A stretch of 64,000 bases of DNA. Origin: Chrysomallon squamiferum (lineage: Eukaryota > Animalia > Mollusca). Made by a program: the position numbers and the translations under genes. The notes beneath the pieces were generated by a model. That model did not search any database and had not been told where the DNA came from. It worked only from the letters and a program-made list of their open reading frames with translations. Each line of letters begins with the position of its first letter. The first letter of the stretch is position 1. This document shows positions 48,674 to 63,988 of the stretch, in pieces. The stretch is taken from the NCBI GenBank assembly GCA_012295275.1, contig CM022674.1, forward strand, positions 10,106,001-10,170,000, in the 5' to 3' direction.

Positions 48674-49139
48674 TATTAAAAATAGATTATTTAAATTTTC
48701 ATGGAAACGAAAACTGCTATAGTTAATAATATATATTTTGGTCGCCCATCTTCGTGAAATCGCGGTCTAAGGGATATAACTCCTCAAAGAAGAAGAGAAA
48801 CAAACGTACAACATTGTGTTTAAAAGAATTTCATTTTAGATTTTAATAATGAATTCATGGAATTCTCAAGAACTATACTTAGAAATTATGTCAGAAACTC
48901 TTTAATTTTTGTAGTAATTATTATTAAAAAAAAAGGTCAATAAAAAATCTTTTTAGGAACCATCTATTAAAAAAAATATTTTAATAATTACTTTTTCTTT
49001 TTCTTTGTTAAAAGATTTAGGCATTTTATTTCTGACGTCTGTTTATATGATTAGATTATGGAAAATCATATAGTATTTTTCAACTTGGATCAGAAAAGAT
49101 AACGTTTGGCAAAGTATAATGAATTGGCTGATGCCTTTA

Positions 49140-49324
49140 ATTTTTGCCATGTCAGGAAGTCAGGCCTGATTGGCCGTGGCACCCTAGCGAAATCCACATT
49201 CCAGTTTATTTTCTACATCAGTGAACATAGGGCACCGGTTTACTCTTCCGGTTTTTGTCTGCGTATTTACTTTTATCAATGTTGGAAGAACACTGTACGG
49301 AAAACAGTTTCTGTTTTGCCATTT
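49140..49324 (+). promoter_or_regulatory. COPS7 promoter and non-coding first exon
   Basis: GC-rich patch with ETS sites (CAGGAAGT, CTTCCGG) and an inverted CCAAT box (TGATTGGCC). GTAAGT donor at 49325; acceptor TTTCAG ending at 50184 before the ATG. Confidence 0.65.
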
Positions 49325-50217
49325 GTAAGTAATGTACGCTTAATGTATGAAGTCCATAATAGATTTTGTCTTGTACGACGATTCATTATCACTGCTAAAT
49401 TTGTTTCTGGTTTGTTATTTATTTATAATTAATAATAATCCTACGGTTTTCAACCTTTTAATTGTATTTACACTAAATTTGCAAAGAAACATGAATGAAG
49501 TGGGCCATTTTAGCATTATAAAGTATTATTATTTATTTAAATCTAATTATGAAACTAAAACAAGTTAATAAAATCTTAATATTAACATTTAACAGTAAAA
49601 CTAACAAGCCAGCATAGAATCATAGAGGACCAGTCCGAATGTCGGGGGGGGGGAATTTTTTAAAAATTTTAAAATTAAAAAAAAAAGAAGAAAGATACAC
49701 GAAGAAAAACCATCAATATTTTTGCTAGAAAGTAAACATTACTGCTGTAACGAAGTTTTTATTATTTTTCATTTCCTTATTTGAAAAAAGTTGCTTGTTA
49801 TATATATATTAATCAGCAACGTTTTCAAATAAATAATAATTATATATAAAAGGTAATCTTGCAATTTAGATCTAACCTCTTGTTAGTAAAGTATTTACTC
49901 AATATGTACTTACAATTTTTTGTTGTTTTACTGCTAGTTAAGATATAAAAATAGGACATAAAACTGAATAAGCCCATTTTGTTGATTTGGTAACTTTTAC
50001 AGTTTTATATGACCTTTTTAATATCGGTCTTGCATAAAACAAAAATATCTGAAAAAAATGTTTAGTAAAAGCTCTCCTAAGATCGATCTAAACTGCAAAA
50101 TTTACACTTAAATACAATCTCTTTAAAGTTGTGAAATAGACATTACCAACAGTTTTAAGATAAATTAAGGCTTTATATTTTCAGATAATTTAAAGATCTT
50201 CTACAAAGATCAGAAAA

Positions 50218-53200
50218 ATGTCAGGTGAGAAGACGTCAGTGAACATGTTGGAGCAGTTTGTACTCCTCGCTAAAACAGCAAAGGGAGCAGCAGCTGTGAG
50301 TCTAGTCAGCCAGGTGCTGGAGGCATCTGGGGTTTATGTGTTCGGAGAACTGCTAGACATGCCAAACATGCAAGAGGTGAAAACACCATTAATTTAATAT
50401 AAACAGTAACTGTTAATATCTTCTAAAATCTAAGCATTAATATGTAAAAATGTGAGTATAAACATTAATCTAAATAGTGATAATGTATAATATAAATATT
50501 AATACAGTACTGCTTTTAATATTTCATGTAAATATTAATATAAAATGTAATTTTAATACAGTTAGGTCTACTACAGTCAAAGCATTAATATCTGATAGTG
50601 ACTATATTTACTATAAATGTTAATTGAAAATAATACATCGTCTAAACATAAATAATATAATACTTTGAATATTTCTTTAAAAACCCATTAATACAAAATT
50701 TTGTCATTTTTTTTGACATGACCTTAATACCTATAATCGATAATAAATCAAATATTAACCAGAATATTAGTTATATAAATAATAAATTAAAATTCTTTAT
50801 TATTAAATTATGATTTTTAAAAGACAGATAAATATTTAAATAGTTAAGTAAAATTAAGTAAATGTGTTTAGTACAAATATAATTGATCTAATCATTACAG
50901 GAATAGTTTGTTGAACTTTATATGAATGCTAATTAAAATAACAGTGTATTTTCTTAATTACAGTTACAGACAACAGCTCCACAACATTTTCAAGCGCTGA
51001 ATTTGTTTGCTTACGGAACTTACCGAGATTATAAAGGTAACTGATTTTAGCTTTAGATACTAACCTTCTTGATATGTTAACTTTTGTGGTAGTTGTTTGG
51101 TCCAAAGAAAAATATAACAGATTACTTAATAAAAAAGAAGTCAGTCACTGAAATATTCTAGCTATTGTGATACCATAATTTTTGCAGTCATATAAGTCTT
51201 TCATTGACTAAATATATCAGTTTTATTGCTTATGTTTTGTTTGTAAGGAAGTACAAAGAAATGAACTTGATTCAGATGACTTTTAAATATTTAGCAAAAT
51301 AGAACTAATGTTTATCATACAAAGATATCACTACTTGCTATTTTTGCTGTATTGTTTGTAAGTCATGGTCAGATAATATACAGCTAACTACAGGCATTCT
51401 CCATTAAAATATAAATTTAATTTATTTATATGTTTGAAATAGCTATAATTTTATAATTATCATGTTTGTTTCTTCCGTTAAAGCCAACAGAAGCAAATTT
51501 CCTGATTTAACACCTGTACAGCTCACAAAATTAAGACATTTAACAATTGTTTCCTTGGCAACAAAAAATAAGGTGATTTTTAATTACACAATTTTGTTGA
51601 TCTCTTTTGTTAGGCTAAGCTTTACTGATTTTGCATGGTTTGCTGTAGCTATCAATATTTCTGCAAAGTGTTAATAAAATTTCAGATTTCTTTTAACTGA
51701 ATGGAGAATAAGACATTAAAAACATACATTGTCCTATCTAAAAAGGCAAATAGATTAAATTGTTATTTCTTAATTTTTAAAATCTAACATAATTATCTTG
51801 ATAGGGAAATAATTTTAAAAAAAATGTTTTAATTGTAAGTAAAATTTACTTTTTAAGCAACAAATTGTTACTTTTTGTCCTTTTTTAATGAAACCAGTAG
51901 AAAAATAAAACCAGTTTATAGAAATACTTAATTGATTTTTATTTTCAGTGTATTCCTTACTCAGTCTTGCTAGATGAGTTGGATCTGGAGAATGTGAGAC
52001 AACTTGAGGTAAAACAGTTCATATTTTATGTTCTCGCATTAACTTTCCTAATATAGTCATGCATGTTAGAGATAGCCATTAATTCTGTTTTTGTTAAATT
52101 ATATTTGATCTCCATTTGATAATTAAATGGAATTCTAAAATATTTTTATGAATTGTATTATTTACTATTAGAGATGTGCAAGAGTCGAACATAATTTTGT
52201 TGACATGTTAAATCACCTCTTGCATATGAGATCTGTTATTTATTTTATATAAACATTTTCTTTGATTATATTTGATATTTCTGTTAGCTGTTGAATTATA
52301 GCATCAGATTATTAATTTAAATCTTAAAAAGATATTTTTATCTTTAAGTATTTTATATTTTATATCGAATTTATAAATGTTCTTCACTGCATTTGAGCAT
52401 TATTTTCTGTTAAGGATTTGATTATAGAGGTGATATATGCTGATATAATTCATGGCAAACTAGATCAGAAAAATCAGAGGTTGGAGGTGGACTACGCCAT
52501 TGGTCGAGATATCCGCCCGGAGGCTGTGTCAGAAGTGATCTCTGTGTTACAAGACTGGTATTTTTATAAAACATGTTTTGAACATTTTCACTCAAATATG
52601 ATTATTCTAAAGTGGGGTTATTTTTACAACTTCTGTCAAATGTGTTATATTCTGTGACTAAACAATTTTAAATGATTATACTTTTTCATGTTTTTAGAAA
52701 TAATGTAGGTGTGATGTAAAAAGTATTTACTTTTTTAGGTTAGAAGATAATTGCCTTAATTTCCTGAGTTTTATTTTAGAAAATGAAAATAATTTTTAAT
52801 TGTAAATTTAATGAGTTCATTTAAAATATTGTTTAAAATAATGTTAGAGACATTACTTTTTATTGTTTGGAGTAAATAAATAAACAGAAAATATATATTT
52901 GTTAATAATAAAATTTATTTTAAATGTACTAAATAGTTTATAAGTATTTTTAGTATCTGAGTAATTATCTCACTCAGGAATTATTCAGTTTTTACAAAAA
53001 GCATGTTCCATCTCTTGTTATGTAGGTGTTCTAGCTGTGAACTTGTTCTTAAGGGAATTGAAGACCAGATTGCTAAGGCTAATTCTAACAAAGAACATCA
53101 TAACAAGATTAAAGCCCAGATAGAAACTGAGGTAAATTTTATTTTATCTAGGGGTGGGAGAAGAAGAAAAAAAAATGAAAGTATTTTCATTTAGAATTCT

Positions 53201-53682
53201 TTACTACTATTATCATACATACACACATACACAAACACACAGAAACTAAATTTTTAATGTAATTTCATATCATTATTCAGATGCTGCAGTCATTTATACA
53301 GCAAATAATTTTATTCTGCAGGTGGCTAATATTAAAAAAACACTGAAAAGTACACAACAACAAGATGTTGATGAGCAGATGGTCACTGAAAGTACCATGG
53401 CTACACAGTCTGATAAACAGTCGAAAAAAACTACAAAAACTAAAGGGTATAATTTTTCTGTTTTATTCCTTTACTAGTTATATTTTTTATTATTATTTGG
53501 TATGTGTCAGAAAAAGTGTCTGTTCATTTATTTTTGGGAGGTTTCCATTATATAGATTTGCCATGACCTGAAAGTTAATTCATATAAATTTATAGCTGGA
53601 AGTGCACTTTTTTATAACGTTTAATAACTGATTTTAATGTTTCAGATTGCGAGGTAGCAGTAGTGGGAAGCTATGGAAATAG
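50218..53682 (+). CDS. COPS7: COP9 signalosome subunit 7 (PCI domain), 8 exons, about 263 aa
   Basis: Exons 50218-50376, 50964-51036, 51484-51572, 51949-52008, 52415-52557, 53026-53131, 53322-53446, 53646-53682; 792 nt. Motifs: [65 protein letters not shown]. Confidence 0.96.
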
Positions 53683-56600
53683 AATTAGATTTTAGTTCTC
53701 AACGAAAATACACTAACAGCTACAGAATGTGAAAAGATGATTGTAACAAAGCCATTTTCCTGTGTGTGTGTGTTGAAAAAAATTCTAAGCATTGCTTCAG
53801 AAAAATGTTGCTTTTTCAGTGTCACATCTTTTGTGAGTGAAAAGTTGTAAAAACTGATGATCTGTCAACTGCAAATTGTTGATATAACTTTATCATGACT
53901 AATAATAATTGATTTAAGAATTACAAAAACTAATTCCATTATGAAAAGAATAAATAAATGAAAGTAATTAAGCATGTTGTAACTTCTGTAATAAAAAAAT
54001 TAAAACATTTATGAAAAATATTTGTATGGATTTAAAGGTAATGGACTCAATGAAGATATGGTTGGATTGGATTCTCTCTTATCAGTGTCAAACTCATTGA
54101 AATAAAGTTCTGAATTAATAACACTTTTATTTATTGAGACATTATGTTTTTCAGTTTTGTTGTAAAATTATTTATTTTCAGTATTTCTTTAAAAATATAT
54201 AAATTCAAGTACTCTGTTAAACATTAAAATTAATAACACGTATAAACCTTTTTTTAAATTATTATTAATGAATGTTCCAACACATTACAGTATAGAAAAA
54301 TGTCAATAAGCACAAAACAAGTACAAATCAGATGTTATTTTATTTTTTGGTTTCCAAAACATCTATAATTGTATTTAGAAAATATCTTGAAAATAATTTT
54401 ATTTTATTTTATTTTATATTATGACTTTGCTGTGGTAATTTTGTATGCTTATTGCCAGTGTAAGCACATAGATGGAGATATTTTTTTTTTTTTTTTAGAA
54501 TCTGTTGATAATGTAAAACATCTGCCATCTTTGATTGATAATAATAAGTTAAAATAATTTAAATTTACAGACGTAAAATTGTACTCATTTCTAAAAGTTG
54601 ATATATGAAGTCTCAGGTTCACATCAAGTTGAAGATTATCAAAAATCTGTTGATTTTTCTTAGAATAGTGTGTGTGTGTGTGAGAGAGAGTTTATTTTTT
54701 ATAATACACAGGGTTTCTTAATCATTTTTACTCTTAATTTTTTATTTTTTTTTTAGTTATAATTTTAAGATTTCATTATATTTATATTTATTTTTGCATT
54801 TTTTCAACTGTTTTCTTTAAACATTCAATCAGTGAGTTTTTTTTAACATCTTGGAAATAGTATCCCTTTATGTTCAGACTGTTAAGAGATTTTTTATTAA
54901 AAGATTAATTCATGTGTATGTTTATTATCATTTATACATATCACTTTTAAATCAATTTTTTCTTCATTTATACATTAATCAGAAGTGAAGTCTGTCTGCT
55001 GCATTTTTTATGCTTGCATAAGTTAATTATTTCAGTCATAAACAATCTGATACTACAATAATGAAGTGTAATTAGGATTTTTATAAAATTTAATATTGTG
55101 TATTTATTTTACTTTTTATTATTTTAAGCAATTTAAAAAAAAAATTTGACCAGTAATAAATAAACTTAAAAATATCCTGACGAGATATATGCTAGTTTAA
55201 AACAAAATTCAGAAAAACCTTTTCATTTTATCAAAATTTATTTCTTTTAATAAACTGTTTTACTTCAAAATTTTAATCCAGTTTTATCATACAACAAAAA
55301 AAGGAAAAGCTTGTTACATCTATAGATACAATTTACTACTGCATTTACATTTAGATTCTAGTTGTACAACAAATTCTGTACAAACTGATTTTAGTCACAT
55401 CCAATCTAACCACTGACGTATATACAGACTAAAAGGCACCCATTACAACAGTTAAAGGTTTTGGCTGATAAGATCATTTTAAAATTATGACAGAGTGAAC
55501 AACATGAAAATGAATATGTTTGTCACTTGATTTTTTTTTCATTACATCAGAAGACCATAATTATTTCTAACTGATGAAGGAGATTCAAATATAAATGCTT
55601 AATTAAAGTAATTAAAGGTGATGGGGAAAAAATATATAATGTGACCCGGATTTTTCCAAATATTGTTTACATCTATTTGATGGAAATATTTGCATTAGTC
55701 AAGATAATTTTTAATAGTTTTAATACACATGGACTGTATATTTACAGATGACAAAACATTCACTTTAGAAAAAAGCTATATGAATTAAAATATTTTTTTA
55801 ATAAAGGGAAACACAACAGCTAATATTCATTATAAAATGCATTTTAAATATATCTTTCCATACAAATTTTTTTTTAAAAATTAATAATAATAATAATAAT
55901 AAATTCCCTTTATTACTTCTTCGTTGGTCCCGTACAGTATGAAACTGCTCATATTTTTTCCCTGTTAAAATCAATTAACTGCAATTCAAACAGTATCTTA
56001 ACCAAATACTTAACATTCTTAAGTTGCTATAGCAATTCTAACTGTCTGTGAGCAGTTTATCAGTTCTTTCCAGTATCAATGGAACAATCTAAGATAACAA
56101 AATTTTCACTTTATTTTGTTCTGGCTAACCTGAAGCCATTAGAAATATGTTTTGATTCAAATTGGCAGAGCAGTGGTGAGTAAACAAGACTCCTCAGAAC
56201 TATGTTGATTCAAGTATTAATGGATATCTCCAACTAATGCCTCATGTCTAAGACCAATATAGATATTAATACATTTATCAAATCAAACACTTTTTATTTT
56301 ATTTCACCTGTTATAAGTTTCTATTTATAACACAGAAACCTTTTGGTGTTAATTAGCTGTTGTCCTGTTTAATGTATTGGTTTCTTAGGGAACACAAACA
56401 CATCACAACAAATACATGAAATGAAAATATTACTAAAATCAGTTACAATAATTGTCTGAAATATTAGCATTAGCTGTCTTTTAACCCTGGCATTCAATGA
56501 TACAAGATTAGTTTAATTATACTGTGTATGGTGTAAACCATTTATAACTTATATTATAATTTTCACCGTGGTTATTTGTTTGTAAAAAATAACACCTGGA

Positions 56601-57144
56601 TGGTCTTAAAATACAAATACCTCGCAAAATAACATTACTAATATCATTTTTTTTTACATTATTCTTGAAATGAACATAAGACAATACAAAATAAAGACTC
56701 CTTCCCCCCCCACAAAAAAAAGAATGAAAAAAAGAAACAGAAGACTGTTATGTAATACCAAGTTCCGAAATGACATGGTGAAAACAAAAATCATCATCAA
56801 GCAATGATACAAAATACAAAAACAGTTTAATTAGTTTTAGACCAATGATCACCACAATGGTCATACCAATATTTTGGATCTTTTAAAAAAGAAAGTAATT
56901 CATTTAGTGATTTTGATTTCTCTTCTTTTTTAAAACGTACTAAAAAATATATTGCACAAAATAACATATCTATCTTAGTCCTAAAAAAATAATCATGATT
57001 GTGGTATGATTTTTAATACAAAAAGTTTAAGAAGAGAAAAAGTACAAATTAATCATCTAGTTTCTAGGTTCTGATCTGTGTTTACTGCTACCAAACAATA
57101 AGTCAGTAAAGATGAGGTATATACGACGTCACAGTTTGACTGGA

Positions 57145-60100
57145 TTAGGGATTAAACACAGGCAGATTGCTGATTTTTTGATGGTCCTCTTCTGTATCGT
57201 TTCTAGCTAATAGCAATGCATGGGCAAAGCCACAAGAAACACTCTCTATATAAATTCCACACAATGGTTTCACTTCCTGTGGTACAGTTGATGAATGTGG
57301 CTTATTTTCACCATATCCCTGTTTAAAAAAGTATACGATACAGGTATCAAATACACATTTTTGAAATCTGTCAAATATTTCATTATATTAATCCAGTTGT
57401 TATCTACTCATCGTTTATCATTCAAGTTAATTTTAATTTTATTTAATAATATGTATTTTTTTAGGATGTGTTTATTCTTTTGCTGAAAGATGTTTGCTTA
57501 CAAAACAGCAAGTTTACTAACCTCATTTATAGTACATTATTTTATTTATTTTCACTATTTCCATTTCAAACATAGCTGATATTTCTATTATAACCTAAAT
57601 TTTGGTTTTTTCTTCACAATTAAAAAATACTTTAAACTGAAAATTAAACAATATTAATCTATGTTGATGGATCTGAAATACCCAAATTTCTGAGTAATTA
57701 TCTTATTTAATACAAAGTCTGAACTTACAAGTTCACCATACGTTGGACTGGGACCCCAGCTCACTAGACTTTCATCTGCTGCAACAACAATACTTTTGTT
57801 ACTGGAAAATAAAAGAAAAGAAAGAATTGTATTTTTGGGACAATGCCTGACATACTTGTATTCTACCGTATATTATAATCAGAGTTACACTTTCTGATTA
57901 GCACCTTCAATAACAGGATAACGGTTCCTGTCAGTCAAACTCAAAAAACAAATACTAGTCTGTTGGTACTAGTTTTAATTTTTTTTACATTCTGTCATTC
58001 TTACCAACATCCCACATTGCGGATCTTCCAACCCTGCAAATCATGTACCAGTTTTGGATACATTGCTGCTTCACCAGTTGATTTCGTCTGACCCCATAAA
58101 AATAATGCTCCTGAAATATTAAACAACAAACAAGTTCTTAAAACAAAAATAACTAGCAGAAAATTATTTACAAACTGTTTAGATATTTCAACACTTCCAA
58201 CTGTTGAATTTATGTTTCCAATATACCACATAACAAAAGTCCTAAACTCAGCTTACTGGCACTACCAGTGCATAAATATTAACATTATATATCTATGTAT
58301 ATGTACATATACACAAACATATATTAAAAAACATCCATTAGAAAAACTGTATTCCATCAATGTAATATACAATATTAGTTTTTATATCAGCAAATTCAAA
58401 TAAATATTTTGAAACTTTAATGTCATAATATAGCTATAGAAAAAAAAAATAAATAAATAAAAAATAAATCTGTTGCAATAAATCAATAAATGGAAAGTAT
58501 CACATCATGAAATCCTACCCATTTCAGATATTGCCATGCTAAATGTTGATCCAGCATAAATCTGAGTGGCTCCTTTGTTTGGCCCTTCAAAATTTTTAAG
58601 TAGTCGGGGCACCATTTCATCTTTAGGTACTGCATGACCAAGTCTTCCATAGCCTCCAAAACCCCAGCTGAACACTCGTTTCTTGGAATCCAGTATTAAC
58701 TGTAAATGGTGTCAAATAAAACTTTTGTATTATACAGATTAATTAATTTTATCTACCTCATCAGAAAAATATATGCTGATTAATTTTTGCAAATCATAGT
58801 GTATTACAGTTTATCTTTATTAACTCTTGACTACACTTAATGATTAAACTGCTGAGGAGAGGGTAATACTCACCACATGATTGTTGCCACAAGCAATTTC
58901 TTTCACTTCCACATCTGTTATTGGTAAGACATGGTTATCCCTGGTTTTCTCAATCCACACGTTTACTTTGCGTGGAACTAATTCACACTTGAAGGAAAGC
59001 TTATTGCTGGTGACAAAGAATTTGCCATCAGTGTTATGGCCTTGTAAAAATAAAAATATTTACATTAGATTACATAATAATAACAATAAAGACAGAGAAC
59101 AAATTTTTTTAAATTTGTGTAATTGGTTATTAATAATTAAATGTAAATAATCAAGATTAAAAACCTGTTTACCTAACTGTCCATACTCAGGGCAGCCAAA
59201 TGTGTACATGTTGCCTCGAATATCAGCCATTGTGCTGAACTCACCACCACATTTTACTTTTCTAATTGGTGGACCTTTGTAATGGATCTGTAATCAATAA
59301 GAGAAATATAAACACAATCCAATACAATCAGCTATTGTGTGAGAAAAATTGCTGAATTGAAGATGAACTGAAAAAAAATTATTAGTCCTTTCCATTATGG
59401 TTTTGTTCATGAGACGAATCTAAATAACCAGACCAAAAGATGTATTAAGAGAGAACTGAAAACAGCAGGTGGGTTCAAAGAGGAATTACAATGTTTAAGT
59501 GGTTATAATATATTCATATAATGTATCTAAATTTAAACTATAGAACAGTGTCTATGCAAACTTCTGAAAGATCATTCTGTTAAAAATAATTGTTTCATGC
59601 TTTGTACAATATGACAAATTACTTTGGTTGGTGTTGTCACATAAGGACTTTGGTGTCCTAGTCCAAGCTGACCCATTTTGTTGTCTCCACATGAGAAGAC
59701 CTTGCCTCTGTCTGCATAAATATATAAATAAAGCTGTCTAATCAATAAACAAAAATAAAAAAAATTACTTATCAATTAATTTCTGAGTAACTTTACCATA
59801 TTTTCTAATCTTACATACTGCAACCACTCAGTACAAAAGGAAAGAATAATTTTGAGCATTTCTAATTTTTCACTTTATTCACTATGTAATTTGTATCATA
59901 GATTTAACAATAAATATTTTCAATTCACAAAAACATTTATATACTGTCAAATTAAGAAACAAGTGGAAGAAAAAAATTAAAAATAATCTTTTATAATCGT
60001 GTTCCAAACTCAAAAAAAAAAAAACACCACTTTTTCTAACACTGAAAGGAAAAAAAAAAATAATAATAAAAATAGCAAAGAAAATTAAATGAAGATTTGA

Positions 60101-62329
60101 AGTCTATAGTCATTGAAACTTACCTGCTGATAAAATAAAGTTAATTTTCTGAAAACTTTGGAATAACTGAATGTACCTGTCAGAAACAAAGTATGGTTTC
60201 TTCCACAAGCAGCATCTATAATAGTAACTGTACTGAGTCCTCCAACCAAAGTTGGAACATCCTTTCTCTCAATGTCGTCCAAGCCAAGCTGACCTTTATC
60301 ATTGCGGCCTGGAATAACAGGTTTATAAATCATAATTTAATTATAAAACAACATATTTATAAATTATAATTTAATTATAATACTTATTTATAAATCATAA
60401 TTTATAAAACGTAATTTAATTATAATACGTGTTTATAAATTGTAATTTAATTATAATGCAAAAAAAGAAAAAACCTCAGAACACATCTGATTATATTGTC
60501 TTGCACTTAACATTAAAAATAGTTTTCACTGACTTTGTACATGAACAAAATGTAGAGAATTAGTATAAGTTATAACCAATCCTGGAGCAGACTACACTGT
60601 GACAAATCTTTCTGTGTGTGAATGAGTAAGTCTCTTTCCCACCAATGTATTATTTTTTTATAAGAGAAATATTTTGTTACAGGAAATAACTATTTAAAAA
60701 TGTTTTGTTTATTGACTGCTTACCCCAAGTATACACTTTGCCTTCATCACTAATGGCAACACTGTGACAGGCTACACAGCTTGACACCACAGTCCTGATT
60801 TTTATTCCTTCTAAAGCTCCTATTCGGTGCGGTGACCATAAATTAGGACCACCTCGGTTTTTACCTAGAATAGAGGTTACTGTCAATAACAAGTTTTACA
60901 ACATATGAAAATAAACTGGATGTTCCAATTTTAATTTGTATGACTTGAAAACAACAAATTATGCCAATAAATATTATTTGTTACACATATGAAAAAGCTT
61001 CAGAAATGTAGCTTTCTTCAACATTATATTTGGAACTTAAATTCCCAAAGTAACAGGACTGTTTTTGTATGAAATAAGATAGGCTCTTTTTGAAAGTTAT
61101 TAGACATACATGTATATAATGAAAAATAAGTTAATAAAATATTTGATTTATGTAAGAATTATAAGCTGTAAGAGATGAACAATTAAAGTGTAAAACTGTA
61201 AATATCTCAAAATAATCATAACAAACTCAGAAACCAAGACAGTTATAGTTAAAAAAACACAATTAACTTACTTCCTTTGGGGATCGATTTACGTCCGATG
61301 AGATCCCAATTAGTTCCACCTGTAAACAGTAACACACCAGTGACTGAAGATTCACTCTTTAAAATCTAAATTAAAAACAACACAAATTAATTATAATTAA
61401 TTAAAAAAAAGTAATAATAATAACAATAACAACAAGACCAACAACACAAACACAAAAAATATTCTCTCAATTAGTAGAGTGACATCATAAAATATGTAGA
61501 AACTAGCAAACTTGTCTGAATAATGATATCTAGTTTATACTGCAAAATTCATTTTTCAAATGTCACAACAGCATACAGCATATACTGATTTTTGATATCT
61601 CAAGAAATAAATATATAACTAGCTAAGGGATAAAAAATATGAAGAAAAAAATAATAATAATAAAAATAGTAAAAAACTTTCAAAATCACTCTAATTCAAA
61701 CTATTAATTTCTTGAAACCTTTTTTTTTATTTCAAAGAAATTTATACAAAAAAAAAAAAAAAAAGGATGGAGAATTTATTTTTTCAAATCAATTATCTTA
61801 TTTATTAAATGGCTGCTGTTGCTCTCAGCCTGTTTAATTTATCAAGTATGACTTTATTCCAGGTGTTGAGGTCAAAGATCTTACAATTTATAAAGACTTC
61901 TACTAGAAGTGATTAAGTGATTGCCCATTTCTTTCACACTGAATGTTAGTCCTCATGTATACAGTAAGGGCAATTTGCATCCATTTTTGTTCAATACAGT
62001 TAATATTTTATTTTTACACAGCAGCATTAGTTAAATACCAGTAAATCTTTTATTTGATCACACATTTGTTTTATTGTAGAAAGGATGCTTCTAAGACCTA
62101 TTAATGTTTCGTACTGAATTTATATTTAAATAATTAGCATAATTCAAATTTAAAAACCTCATAAAACATTTTAATACACCATACAGTATTTTCTACTGAA
62201 TGTATTAATTAAAATGTTTTCAAACAATTTATCTCATACCAAAACAATGGAAATATTTGTCATTCACCCAGTTTATAACGTATTATCATAAAAATTAAAC
62301 ATACATACACAAACAAAGCCAAGAATATT

Positions 62330-62364
<35 letters not shown>

Positions 62365-63560
62365 AAAAATTTGTTTTATATAAAAACCCACACATACATT
62401 AACATATAATTTTAAACAAGGGGCAATTACTTCATAATTTTTTTTCTTAGTACCATTCGGAAAACGAAAGGAAGAACTGTCCATTCAAAGGGAAGACATT
62501 CTTTGCTGAAAGTCAATCAAATTACAATTCAAACAATTTTCTGTGCAAGAATTAGAAGTCATTCAGATGTTATTTATTTACTGATATTAAAATATGTATG
62601 TTTAAAAAGTAATAATAATTATATTCATTGATTTGAACTTCACTTCTAGGATGTTTACACCTTTGCTAAGGTTGATTTCAATGATTTCAATGACTAAATA
62701 ATATTATCAGGCAACTAACTACCAGATAATTTTTATTCATCAAAGAAAATTTGTATTCATTAGCATCCCTTGCTTAACATAAAGAAAAACAAAAAGCAAA
62801 CAATATTACAAATAAATAAAAATCATATGTTTATAATCTTCATATTAACAGACACAATTTCACTATCACTATTTACTAACATATTCTTTTAGAAACTTTG
62901 CTTATTTTTTTGATCAGCTTCTGCGATATTAACAGAAATTGTTACTTTATGCATGACTAGTACAACTGTAATATAAAGTGTTAACAGAGTTCATCGCTGT
63001 TATCACCATAAATTTGTAAATATAAGCTGAAATATAACTGGTGCTTCACATTAAACAATAAAAGTCATATAAAGTAGGAAACAGCAAACAGGCAGTTAGA
63101 CTCTTCAATTTACACTTCAACAGTATTCATATTTATCTGTAATAGGAATTAAAAAATAATAATAAAATTTGGTATTTGGTAATCATTTTTTTGCTTTTTT
63201 GTGCATGTGCATGTGTGTTTATGTTAAATTACCTCAAGAAAAAATTAATATCTGAATGCTATAAAAAAATTCAAAAAAAAAAAAAAAAAAACGTTTCCTA
63301 AACAATTTTTATTTGTTGTAATATCAAATGTGATATATGATATATTACATACATTTACCCATCTTAACTATTAGTGTTAAGTGCATCACTGTATACATCA
63401 TTAATGACATTACAAATAAAGTTATAAACAAATTACCAAAAAAAAAAGCAAAAAAAAAAAGCAAACATTTCTTTGTATTTGAATCAATTTATGATTAAAT
63501 TGATTTAAAAGTAAAAGCTTCTTGTATATACTGTTATGAACGTGCCATATAATCTTTATC

Positions 63561-63617
<57 letters not shown>

Positions 63618-63988
63618 TGTGTATGTATGTATTAAACACACAGTTCTTTTATACAAGATTATCTATGTTCTAGTTATTCGCTAAATGAAGTAATATTATA
63701 CTATTTTATAGCTTTTATTTTCTAAATTTCATTTATTTTACCTCTTTACTTTTTGTTCATTATTCTCCAAAACTTGAACAATTTAAATATCATTAAAACT
63801 ATTTTATTTTAGAATTAAAATTAGCTCACAATGTCAACATTAGATGATTCATTGTTCTCGTAATCGTATGTCCCTCCATTTCCAGCAGTTTCAAAATCTG
63901 AGTCGTCAGAATCAGCCTGAGCAGTCATTTTTCTTTTCTTTGTGTGAGATTTTGAGTCACCGCCTCCATTTTTACGTTTTGGAGGCAT
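57145..63988 (-). CDS. RCC2: Protein RCC2 (TD-60), RCC1-repeat beta-propeller, 11 exons, about 476 aa
   Basis: Exons 63988-63830, 61365-61272, 60864-60724, 60308-60177, 59711-59623, 59287-59173, 59040-58874, 58699-58519, 58110-58005, 57801-57729, 57318-57145; 1431 nt. Motifs: GGTNWDLIGRK, FGCPEYGQLGHNTDGK, WGFGGYGRLGH, SWGPSPTYGELGYG, and an N-terminal basic NLS-like MPPKRK. Confidence 0.95.
63565..63612. repeat. (TA)n microsatellite in RCC2 intron 1
   Basis: Perfect TA run. Comparable perfect TG runs lie at 920-953 and 18251-18294. Confidence 0.95.

Noticed and set aside
49106-49432. 108-aa ORF over the COPS7 promoter
   Set aside because: It starts at TTG, has no recognisable homology, and crosses promoter motifs and a splice donor.
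63355-63385. 9-nt in-frame candidate microexon (LRW) in RCC2 intron 1
   Set aside because: There is no pyrimidine tract, and such short AG..GT pairs are expected by chance in 2.5 kb.
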